64,000 nucleotides of DNA. It comes from Okamejei kenojei. Taxonomy: Eukaryota. Every line of letters starts with the position of its first letter. Position 1 is the stretch's first letter. This document shows, piece after piece, positions 37,804 to 48,880 of the stretch. Position numbers and translations under genes: made by a program. A model generated the notes under the pieces. The model was not told where the DNA came from, did not search any database, and saw nothing but the letters and a program-made list of their open reading frames with translations. The stretch spans positions 78,430,001 to 78,494,000 of the forward strand of contig CM069133.1 of NCBI GenBank assembly GCA_035221665.1, read 5' to 3'.

Positions 37804-37812
37804 AGTGGACAA
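37804..37812 (-). other. inverted paralog of the candidate microexon (TTGTCCACT)
   Basis: Minus strand reads CTCACTGTTACAG|TTGTCCACT|GTAAGTGA. Confidence 0.35.
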
Positions 37813-38079
37813 CTGTAACAGTGAGAGGGTAAGTGGAAGAATGTGGGAGGGGGTAAAATACAGGGAGAGGGCAGGATGACAAATTGGAATGATTGACGTG
37901 GAGCAGAGAGCCTGTAATGGGATTAATGCATGAAATATGTAAACATCCAATTCAGTTTCTCCCACAGTAAGGGCATGATTTCTCCCAAGTGAGAAATGTT
38001 TTTTTGATCAAAAACTGATGCAAAATTTAAAACAAAAAGGTTGAACATTAGAAGGAATGTGCATTGGAATCTCAGTGAC

Positions 38080-38159
38080 ACAAAAAGCTGGAGAAACTCA
38101 GCGGGTGCAGCAGCATCTAAGGAGCGAAGGAGATAGGCGACGTTTCGGGTCGAGACCCT
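38080..38159 (-). mobile_element. truncated Penelope-derived insertion (5' end lost inside the hammerhead)
   Basis: 22-bp TSD TGTGCATTGGAATCTCAGTGAC (38058-38079, 38160-38181). Confidence 0.88.
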
Positions 38160-38907
38160 TGTGCATTGGAATCTCAGTGACTTTTCTGTCAAAATGTTTT
38201 TTCAGACAGCAAACAGATAATAACCTATCACCATACTTAACTGCCCACACAACAAAGCTGATAATAATTTACAGCAACACATTTCTAACTGATATGGAAA
38301 ATAAACTCGCTCTATTCAAACTTGTGTATTGAAGTTTACTGAGCACAGTTACAGGTGTTAGTATCCAAGGCATTGCAACTGCCAAGTGTACGCAAGAAAA
38401 CTACTGAATTACCAGCAGAATAACCTGGAAGATACACTTCAGATTGTTAGTTAGTTTCATTAACATAGATAGATCAGTTATGATTGAATGGCAGAGTAGA
38501 CTTGATGGGCTGAATGTCCTAATTCTGCTTATACTTGATTTTATTAATGACATAAACTTATGAACTATGCATCGGCTGATTTGAATGCCACAGGTGCACT
38601 CCTCAGTGGACAGTGGATATCCTGGTTCATTCAAAGCGCTAGGTGGGAACCATCAGATGGTCATGGAAGGAACACACTTCTCCACATTTTTCTCTATGAA
38701 ATCGGTAACAACCTTGGAGTATCCATTCAAGTTGTTGCCGAGTTCTTGAACATCACCCAGTGTATCGAGTTCAAATAATTATTAAGTTGCTCCTCTGACT
38801 CCCCTGATCAGCTCTGTGTAGTCCTCTGTGCGGGTGCTGCATTCTTCAGACATTGCCTTTCTGCAGGTGGTCTGATTTGCTAAAGTGTGGGTGAAGATAG
38901 GATCAAT

Positions 38908-39220
38908 AGTGGCGACACAGTGGCACGGCAGGTAGAGCCGCTGCCTCGCAGTACTAGAGACTTGATCCTACTTACAGGTGATGTCTGCACGGTGTTTATA
39001 TGGTCAGTTTGTACGTACTTCCTGTGACCATGTGGGTTTTCTCCGGGTATTCCAGTTTCCTCAAACACTCCAAAGACGTACAGGTTTGTAGGTTAATTCA
39101 CCTCTTTCATTTGTAAATTGTCCCTATTGTGTAGGACAGTGCTGGTGTACAGGAATTGCTGGTCAGTACAACCTGGGTGAGTCGAAGGGCCTGTTTTAAA
39201 GCTGTACCTCTAAAGTCTAA
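38908..39220 (+). mobile_element. tRNA-derived SINE (HE1-like)
   Basis: tRNA-like head, core and CR1-like tail. Confidence 0.75.
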
Positions 39221-41199
39221 AATATGCTCCAGTGATGGTGGAATAGCAGTGTTAGAGAGTGTTTGATCCTCTGGTATTGCAGGAAATATGCAGGTTTGGA
39301 AGTATCTTCTTCAAACTAGCCTTGTTAAATTGCTTGACAAATATGGTATTTGATAACCATGGCAAATAGTTCCTCAAGTATTTTATAACTATCGCACATA
39401 TTTCTCAAGCACTAGTCGAGCATTTGCCTGAGGCCAGAAGTGGACTGCAGTCATGATGACAGAGGCATGTAGAATTGATGGCACTTCACTGCTATATATT
39501 GCGGGAGGGGGAAGGGGCAGAAGTTAGACAAGACCACAATGTCCAAGGCAGATGCCGCTGTCTCTCTCTTCCCTCAATGACACGATGGATCGAGAAAACC
39601 TCAGGCGGGAGAACCGAATCTGGAGATCTGAGAATGCCTTGGCTCTGTAAAACAGTATTCTCTCATATCCCTTTGGCAAAGCAACCTTGCACTTCTGTCT
39701 TATTTTACAGGCACTGCACATTGGCCAAGTGGATGCTGGGGAATAGAGCGAGGCGGTTGTTAGCATTGTGCTTCTTTGTTACATGGAGGACCCCCTTGTG
39801 ACCACGATTCTTGGCACAATGGAGGCCATCCAGTTTTCTAGGCAGGGTACTCATTGTGCCTATGTGTCAATGGAGTCAGGATATCCATGTCTGCCAGGTG
39901 ATCGTAAGATCGCTCATTCATTTAAATCATCTGGAAGCCTGTTAGTTGCTGTGCCATTCTTTTGATTGTTAGGAGTTTAAAATGGATATATTTAAGATTA
40001 TCCTGCCCAACTGCAGGCAAAATGGTGCCACTCTCCATCACCATTCTTATTATCACGCCCACTAAATGTCACCTAAACCAGCCAGGCAGAGCTTTTCAAT
40101 AGTTAGAAGGACAGATTTGCAGAACATGTCCAATAATCCTAAAGGAGCAAAGCATGAGATATAAGATTGGCTTTTCTGCCATTGCACATATCCCAAGAAC
40201 AATAAATGAGAAAAGTAGATAAAGACACTAAAATGTTCAGATGCAAACTTGATTTTGTGACTAGTGACAGATGTACAATATACATTGATCTGTAATGCTG
40301 AATCTGTATAGGCAGCAATTTCCTATGGGAAATATATTGGCTTATGTGTCTTAAGTAAATATGTCTTAAGAGAATGTTTGGTGTGAGGTGAATCAATCAT
40401 GCAAAATGTTTTTAAATATTTGGACTTTCTTAAGAGCTGAAGAAAATAATGGATGAACTAATAGGTGAATTCACAGCAATGAAACAATGAGATGAAAAGG
40501 TTGCAATAAACTCAATACTATATTGTGATGGAACAAAATAAATGTTTCTTCAATAAGCAGTGAAACTTTAGAATGTGCTGCAATAAGTCATGCCACTTCA
40601 ATATTCATTAAATACAAGTGGTTGAGTTAGAATAGAGCAAATGGCCTTTTCCTGATCTGTTAAATCTTAGTTTAAATGCATTGGTGAAATATACAAGTGA
40701 AATATGTTACTTTGGCATTTCAAGTTATTGTTCTGCAAGGTAAAGTTGTACCGATTCAGTCTGAGGCATTAATTGTCCTTAGGTTTTCTTACCACTGGAA
40801 AGGCTATTATTAACCTCCATTATTCAGTTGCCAAGTTGAGTAGCATCCTGGGCCACTTTAGAGGACAAAATAAAAAAGGTCACCACAATGGTGTGGGACT
40901 AGGATTGCATCTCATCCAGATTGGACTAGAATGATGCGCGATCTTATAAAGGTATTGGAGTTGGCAATTCAGCCCCGCAAGCCTACTCCAGAACATAGAA
41001 CACAGTAACAGATCCTTTGGCCCATAATGTCCATGCTGAACATGTTTTTTAAAGATACAGTGCAGAAACAGGCCTTTGTCCCACCGAGTCCACACCGACC
41101 AGTGCCCCCGTAGACTGGCATGATCTTACACATTAGCGCCAATTTTACTATTTTTCTGAAGCCAATTAACCTATAAACCTGTACGTCTTTGAAGAGTGT

Positions 41200-42152
41200 T
41201 AAAACAATCTCCTCTGCCTGCGCATGATCCATATCCCTCCATTCTCTGCATATCCATGTGTCTATTTCAAATGCCACTGTAGTGCCTGCGTCCACTCCTG
41301 ACAGTGTGTTTCAGGCACCAACCATTCTCAGTTTCCCCGCACATCTCTTTTAAGTTTTCCGCCTCTCAACTTAAAGCTATACTCCCTCGTCTTTGATATT
41401 TCAACCCTGGGAAAATGATTCAGACTGTCTGCCCTATCTATGCCTCTCATAATTTTATGTACTTCTAGTTTGTCCAACCTCTCCTTATTGTTAATACCAT
41501 TTAATCCAGGTAGCAGTCTGATAAATCTCTTCTGCACCTTTTCCAAAGTCCCCAAATCCTTCCTGTAATGGGATGACCATGGGCTTAGCATGATCATGTC
41601 TGATTTTTTACATCTAAGTGATTTCCGTGCCTTTTCTGCATATCCCATGGTGGACAATAGACAATTGGGTGCAGGAGTAGGCCATTCGGCCCTTCGAGCT
41701 AGCACCACCAATCAACTTGATTATGGCTGATCATCCACAATCAGTACCCCATTCCTGCCTTCTCCCCATATCCCCTGACTCCGCTATCTTAAAGAGCCCT
41801 ACCTAGCGCTCTCTTGAAAATATCCAGAGAACCGGTCTCCACGGCCATCTGAGGCAGAGAATTCCACAGACTCACAACTCTCGGTGTGAAAAAGTGTTTC
41901 CTCATCTCCGTTCTAAATGGCTTACCCCTTATTCTTAAACAGTGGCCCCTGGTTCTGGACTCCCCCAACATCGGGAACATGTTTCCTGCCTCTAGCGTGT
42001 CCAAACCCTTAATAATCTTTCAATAAGATCCTCTCTCATCTTTCTAAATTCCAGAGTATTCAAGCCCAGCCGCTCCATTCTCTCAGCATATGACAGTCCC
42101 GCCATCCCGGGAATTAACCTTGTGAACCTAAGCTGTACTCCCTCAATAGCAA
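41200..42152 (-). mobile_element. two CR1 3' fragments (older ~41200-41580, younger ~41652-42152)
   Basis: ORFs 41328-41711 (WS.HY.KD...LEKVQKRF) and 41789-42004 (RVVSLWNSLP). Confidence 0.85.
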
Positions 42153-42201
42153 GGAGAGATTAAGACAAAAATGCTTAAGGAGCATTTTGCACATTAGTGG
42201 A

Positions 42202-43706
42202 GTAAAATAGTGAGATTAAATGAGAACTTACCAATTCGAAGTTTGATCTGCATTTTATGAGGAGTTACAATGAGGGATTACGTGAAGACCCCGTCCAGCA
42301 CTCATGCGCGACATTCTTCAAAGCAGCGGTGTGTATTCACAGAAAAAACACAACAATTGAAATAAATATAGTAAAGAAAAAATAAGAACTTAATTACGTT
42401 GATCTGTAAAATAGAGGGTGGGAGCGGAGGGCACGTAATCCTTCATGATAAAATACAGATCAAACTTCGAACTGGTAAGTTCTCATTTAATCTCACTATT
42501 TTATTTCGGAGTCACGTGAGTGACTACGTGAAGACTTCAAAGCTCTGTGATTCCGAACCGTGTACCAGCTCATGCTTCACTCACTGTCTGAAGACCTTAG
42601 AGGGAGGAAGTATGTTATCACAATCAACAATAACCTGTTTGTGAACAAAAAAGGTTTATTAATGACAACAAAAAACAGAGAGCTCTCCCAGGCTTAAATT
42701 AAATATTATCTGCAGACTCTAAAATTCTGTCTGTAAATGTAGCAGGTTCCGCCAGCGGCTTATTATAAAACTTTGGAAAGTTCTTTCCGAGGACCATCCT
42801 GCTCTGGCCAGAATATGGTCCATAGGCACGTCCATTCGCCTAGCCGCCGACGTAGATGCAGCCCTGGTGGAGTGAGATTTGTAAACATTAGTATTGACTC
42901 CCGCAGACTTAAGCACCTGCTTGAGCCACCTTGAAATGGTTTGGCTCGTCACCTGACCATGAGGCTTCTTGTGGCTTATCCATAAGGCTTTTTCTCTCCC
43001 TCTTAAGTTGTATGTTGTGTCTGTGTAATTTACGAGATGGGTCTTGGCACACAGCCGTGGGTGAGATGAATATGCCCGGAACTCCATGACTGGAGGCGTG
43101 GTACCTGGTCTAGTTTGTTTGACCAGTCCCTGAATATGGAATGTGAAACAGTCCAATTACTCTGTCATGCTATCCAGCCTCAGAAGGTGGAGGGACTGTA
43201 CCCTTTGAGCTGACACTAGTGCCATGAGCATGACTGATTTCAGAGTAAGTTACAAAATTCTAAAGGGGTTGGACAGGCTAGATGCAGGAAGATTGTTCCC
43301 GATGTTGGGGAAGTCCAGGACAAGGGGTCACAGTTTAAGGATAAAGGGGAAGTCTTTTAGGACCGAGATGAGAAAATCGTTTTTCACACAGAGAGTGGTG
43401 AATCTGTGGAATTCGCTGCCACAGAAGGTAGTTGAGGCCAGTTCGTTGGCCATATTTAAGTGGGAGTTGGATGTGGCCCTTGTGGCTGAAGGGATCAGGG
43501 GGTATGGAGAGAAGGCAGGTACAGGATACTGAATTGGACGATCAGCCATGATCATATTGAATGGCGGTGCAGGCTCGAAGGGCCGAATGGCCTGCTCCTG
43601 CACCTAATTTCTATGTTTCTATGTTTCTAAGTTGTTCCAGCGTGAGTGACCTGGGTGGTGGCCATCTCCTAAGGTACGTCAGCACAATGCTGACATCCCA
43701 GATCTG
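42202..43706 (-). mobile_element. second, diverged DIRS1 copy: 3' terminus, ICR and C-terminal part of YR, split by CR1
   Basis: Begins with GTAAAATAG; terminus and ICR homologous to 21984-22330; ORF 42719-43156 QTISRWL...HSTRAASTS...AGW; YR resumes after 43628. Confidence 0.9.
43252..43627 (+). mobile_element. young CR1 3' fragment inserted in the YR gene, TAAGTT target duplication
   Basis: ORF 43224-43532; TAAGTT at 43246-43251 and 43628-43633. Confidence 0.92.
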
Positions 43707-44664
43707 AGTGTTCACGCGAACCATGGTCTGCATTGGGGCTGGCTCCATTCTTGCATGGTATCAGCAAAGTTGTATGGTTAGCAGTACTTCCTGCTTGGGT
43801 GATATGTCAGAAAGGCAGGAATTGTCTGAACAACAGGAATATCCTGCACGACTACGTCTGAAGGATCTCATTGCTGGTACTGCCCTCAGTGAACATTATC
43901 TACCATAGGCTTTATCCATCCTGGGACTGGGAATACTGAATCCAGGCTCAAATGTTAGTGTCAGTCTGAGAGAATGCATATTTTTTTTTATTCCATTCCC
44001 GGCAGAGCATTCAAAACAAGGTCATGTCTGTCTGATTGATCTGGTACTAATCTCATTGTATTTTGTGCCATCTTCATGTCTATAAATTAGCAGCCAAGTT
44101 TACCTATAAAACTGCCATGTTCGTCAAAGTAATTAATTGAACGCGAGGAATTGAGAGATGTCCCAGTACGCCAGTGGGAAATATAATTAACACTGTTGTG
44201 CCATTGGTTCTGGCAACGATTGATGTAGCCATTTGTACAATCTGGATTGAACTCAACCAAATATCTGTGTGATGGTACGCATGATCACCTGGGTAAGTAG
44301 TTAATATAAAAAACAAAGATCTGATTAACAATCTTCTTAATGGTGGTTATTGGTAATACAAATCTTGTGCAATGTTGTATTTGAGGGATTGCGATGCAAT
44401 TTAATGCCATCAAGGAGCCTGGTTTGGCAGTAGCAAAACCATACACTTGACACACTTGATATTAATTTCCTAGCAATTAAATTGACAGTGACAAAATAGT
44501 ACATGACATGTAGAAATGACAGGTGAAGCTTGCCACCAAGATTTTGATGAGCTGCATGATACAATTTCTATCAGAACGCTTGTGTGAGGAAATTATGGAT
44601 ATTTGCTTTGGAACTTAAATATTTTGGTTTTCTTTGAGTGTTCTGAATAGGCTGCTGCATGAAT

Positions 44665-45055
44665 GGTACACATCTGGATCACTGCCATAATTTTCCATCA
44701 CTCAACATAAAATGCACACCTGGGTGCCACAGCCAAGTTTTTCCATCACTCACCACCCAATTCACATCTGGATGACACTGCCATGATTACCTTTGCTCAC
44801 CAGACAATGTACACCTTGGTGACACTGCCTCGATTCATTGCAGCAATATACAGTGCACATCTGGATAACAATCCAATGTTTTCCATACCCAAACCTTCAA
44901 TGCATATGTGGATGGCAGTGCACATCTGGATGGCACTGCCATGATTTTCCATTACTCCATCTGCAATGCACATCTGGATCATACTGCCAAGATTTCCCAT
45001 CACTCAACACATAATTCACATCTGGATGACACTGCCTCGATCTTTCATTATTCAT
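44665..45055. repeat. degenerate ~46-48 bp minisatellite (about 8-9 units)
   Basis: Unit TGCACATCTGGATGACACTGCCATGATTTTCCATCACTC...; CATCTGG cores at 44671, 44765, 44858, 44923, 44971, 45019, variants at 44717, 44812, 44905. Confidence 0.85.
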
Positions 45056-45596
45056 GCAAGAGCGTTTTAAGGAGTCATGTGCTGCATGATGAATATTTCT
45101 GCTAATTCAATTCAACTCCCTATTAACATTTGTGCAACTAAATGACCAAAGTTAGCACACCAGAAATGGTGATCCAGTGGCTAAACGCCTGACACCCCAA
45201 ATTATTTCCATTATAATCACCTGGACTTCACCAAACCGTCAAAAACTAGTTGTAGGTTCCACTTCAAGATGAATACCATTCTTACTTCATACTTCATTGC
45301 CATTGAGCCTCAACCCTGGAACTCGGAGGCGCTGTGGTGGAAGTTTATGCTACCTTTAATTTTATGTGGTTGTGTGTCTTGTTGCTTTTCACTTAGTATG
45401 GCTGTCTGGTAACTCAAATTTTGCAGTACCTTAATTTGTACATAAACTGACCTTGAAACCTTGACCTTGAAACCTTGAACACTCTACCCACCAGCATGTG
45501 GGAACTCCTCTTTCACAATTACCGCACTGATTCAGGAAAGCAACTCACTACCACTTTATCATGCGCAATTAGAGATAAGCATTAACTGTTGGCCTT

Positions 45597-46445
45597 GCAG
45601 GAGTGGGCAGATGCATGGCAGGTGAAGTTTAATGTGGATAAATGTGAGGTTATCCATTTTGGTATATAAAACAGGAAGGCAGAATATTATCTAAATGGCA
45701 TCAAGTTGGGAAAAGGGGAAGTACAGCGGGATCTGGGGGTCCTTGTTCATCAATCTGTGAAAGTAAGCATGCCGGTACAGAGGGCAGTGAAGAAAACAAA
45801 TGGCATGTTGGCCCTTATAACAAGAGGAGTCGAGTATAGGAGCAACGAGGGCCTTTCGCAGTTGTACAGGACCCTAGTGAGACCACACCTGGACTATTGT
45901 GTGCAGTTTTGGTCCCCTAATTTGAGGAAGGACATTCTTGCTATTGAGGGAGTGCGGCGTAGGTTTACAAGGTTAATTCCCGGGATGGCGGGACTGTCAT
46001 ATCCTGAGAGAATGGAGCGGCTGGGCTTGTACACTGTGGAGTTTAGAAGGATGAGAGGGGATCTTATTGGAACATATATGACTGTTAAGGGTTTGGACAT
46101 GCTAGAGGCAGGAGACATGTTCCTGATGTTGGGGGAGTCCAGAACCAGGGACCACAGTTTAAGAATAAGGGGTAAACTATTTAGAACAGAGGTGAGGAAA
46201 CACTTTTTCTCACAGAGAGTTGTGAGTCTGCGGAATTGTGTTCTGCCTCAGAGGGCAGTGGAGACCGGTTCTCTGGATACTTTCAAGAGAGAGCTAGATA
46301 GGGCTCTTAAAGATAGCAGAGTCAGGGGATATGGGGAGAAGGCAGCAACGGGGTACTAATTGAAGATGATCAGCCATGATCACATTGAATGGTGATGCTG
46401 GCCCGAAGGGCTGAATGGCCTACTCCTGCATCTATTGTCTATTGT
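45597..46445 (+). mobile_element. CR1 LINE 3' portion (ORF2 C-terminus, 217-aa open segment)
   Basis: RDLGV, LYRTLVRPHLDYCVQFWSP, RGDLI; CTATTGT tail. Confidence 0.92.
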
Positions 46446-48525
46446 AATGTACAAATCCTGTGAAATAAATTCACAAAAACAAAGCAAAAAAGGATGGTTG
46501 ATATTTGCAGTGTAGCCTTGGAACCAACTGATCGGGGAATCAAATAAACAAGTTACGACCCAAAATGCTGGTGTAATTCAGCAGGTCATGAGATCATGGA
46601 TAGGCCACGTTTTGGGTCAGGACCTTTCTTCAGTCTGATTGCAAGGATGGGATAAGGGGTACATGGGAGGGCAGAGGTTGTCCTCCAGGGATGCTGCCTG
46701 ACCCTCAAAGTTATTTTGTATCTTTCCTCAATCAGGGAATCCTGTTGGACTATTGAAATGCATGTCTGCAGCACACAGTCTGTCTCTAGCCATTTACTTG
46801 CCTGTATCATTTATTTGATCATTACTCATCATTATAACGGACTGCTTATTTAAGGAACAGAAGCTGTAAAGCTGCATTTAAGTGCTGATATTGTTCATGC
46901 AGCCAGTTATTTTTTCTCTCGCATCATTAGAATGCACGGGGAATAAATCAGTACCTCCCTATAAATGAACATTCCCATTAAGAGTACACTGGTTAACTGG
47001 CATGATTCCATCTCGAGCATAATAAATTCTGAATTCATTGGCATTGTGCATAATGACTTGAGGGTGTAAACTTGCTTTATGTGATCTTTGACCAGAAATT
47101 TGTCTGTCAGCCCAGTATTAGATAAATGGGCCATTTTTCAAATGAACAGCGAGGCTGAAGAATGTGGAGGCTGTACTTCATGTCTTTAGTCAGACACTGA
47201 GGCCTGGCCTTGATCCAAATACTACAGGCTAGCACTAATACCTTTTTGCCGCTGGAAGCAGACAACAATTAGCTTAATGTGGCACTGATGGTACCAGTAA
47301 TATTGTGAGTCTTCCAATTCGGTGAGTGACTGTGCCACCGTTCAACCAACAAAACAGGATAAACACAAAGATTTTACAGCGAAGCAATCTTATTCTGACT
47401 GCCGAGCACTTGATCAAAGTATTACCATGCTCACAGAGGCGCAAGAAAGTATAGTTGGTGGAATCTTGAGCAAAAAGCTAAGTGCTGGAGGAGCTCAGAG
47501 GGGCAGGCAGCATCTGTGGAGGCGATGGAGAGTTGAGGTTTTGGGTCTGGACCCTCCTTCAGACATGCTCAGTTACCATGCTCAGTTTTATGCACTAAAT
47601 ACTGCCCTGTGTTCCCACACAATTGCATTTTTCTTTTACACTCTCATCTAAAATCAGGAATTGTAAAATGAATAAGCATTTAGCCCAGGATAGAAACAAA
47701 AAGATGGAGTAACTCAGAGCTTCAGACAGCATCTCTGGAAAAACAGAATAGGTGATGTTTTTTGTATCATGGCCCTTCTTCAGATTTTACTGAGCATTTA
47801 GCCCAGATCATTTTACCTCAATCATTTTGGATGTTTAAAAACCATGGCTATAGAAGTAGCCCTCACTACAAACCGCCCACTCCCCAAAGGTGTCAAACTC
47901 CTTGGCACTCCCATGATTGGCACTTGCTTCAAGCATTTGATGAGGTTCCAAAACAGTAAGTTGGCCACTTTTTTGTCACAATGGATAGCTTTAGAAACAC
48001 AAATGAATTGAAAAAGTATTTGCCACTGCTTCTCAATCCAACTCGAACAAAGTGCTGTATATTTTGTGAAGTCATTATTTAGTCATTTAAGATTGAGGTA
48101 CTCAAGGGTGGTGAATTGACACTCATTTGAAATGCTTATGTTTTGTGATAAGCCCACTTTCAATGTATTAATTACATTTTGCCAAGTTATCACTTAAATA
48201 TATTAAGAAAAAAATGGTAAAATATATTTTCAAAGCAGTTTTTCTAAGTGCTGGCACGTTCTTTGACCAGAAACTTTGATAAGAGGCAGCATTTAATTTT
48301 GAATTTCAAACCAATTGCCATTGGTTGTGCTGAAGCAGAACCCTACTCTTAAATCTTTCCACAATCCCTGCAGGATTATCAATGATTTACTTTAACGGTC
48401 ACTCCCAGGTTAGTTTTGTCAATAATGTAACAGGATTAGGACAGTTATCTCCAGCCAACCAAACCTCATCCCATTGCATTAATGTACTGCATTCACATGC
48501 TTTTGACATGAAAAATACACAGATG

Positions 48526-48620
48526 GTCTGAAGAAGGGTTTCGGCCCGAAACGTTGCCTATCTCCTTCTCTCCATAGATGCTGCTGCACCCGCTGAGTTT
48601 CTCCAGCATTTTGTGTACCT
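48526..48620 (+). mobile_element. short Penelope-derived hammerhead element
   Basis: CTGAAGA-A-GGGTT-TC-GGCCC-GAAA-C-GTT at 48528-48555; stem II retained through G-U pairs. Confidence 0.8.
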
Positions 48621-48880
48621 GTGATGATTCTCAATGATATTTAGGCATAAACAGCAAATGCATGTCAATGCATAACATTCAAAAATCGCTCTCTACATTA
48701 TGCCACTTAGCATGATATAAAAAAAATAAAATTTTGCTCTCCTTCACTATTGAAACTGTATCATAAAGAAGTGAGTTGATGTATTTGTGCACAAGGGTTG
48801 AGTTAAACTTGCAGTAGAAATTTAAATCTTGTCATTTCAAGTGCAAAAGTATTTTCCCATGACATACTATGAGCTACCAG

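Larger units (their letters stand above)
37461..38424 (-). repeat. right arm of the inverted duplication
   Basis: Reverse complement of 35693-36820 with scattered substitutions and indels. Confidence 0.95.

Noticed and set aside
36315-37965. Twin 94-95 aa ORFs (MGETELDVYIF...) as a duplicated gene
   Set aside because: GTG starts, frame-shifting indels between the copies, no known motif, and the sequence looks intronic; similarity follows from the inverted duplication.
35693-38424. Foldback or long-TIR transposon explanation for the inverted arms
   Set aside because: No TSD or transposon-like termini, and the arms include an older CR1 fragment, pointing to a local genomic duplication. The inverted CR1 tails at ~35510-35590 and ~38467-38570 may or may not extend it.
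44665-45055. CRISPR-like repeat-spacer array
   Set aside because: Eukaryotic context, no cas genes, degenerate repeats, and the spacers are related to each other; it is a minisatellite.
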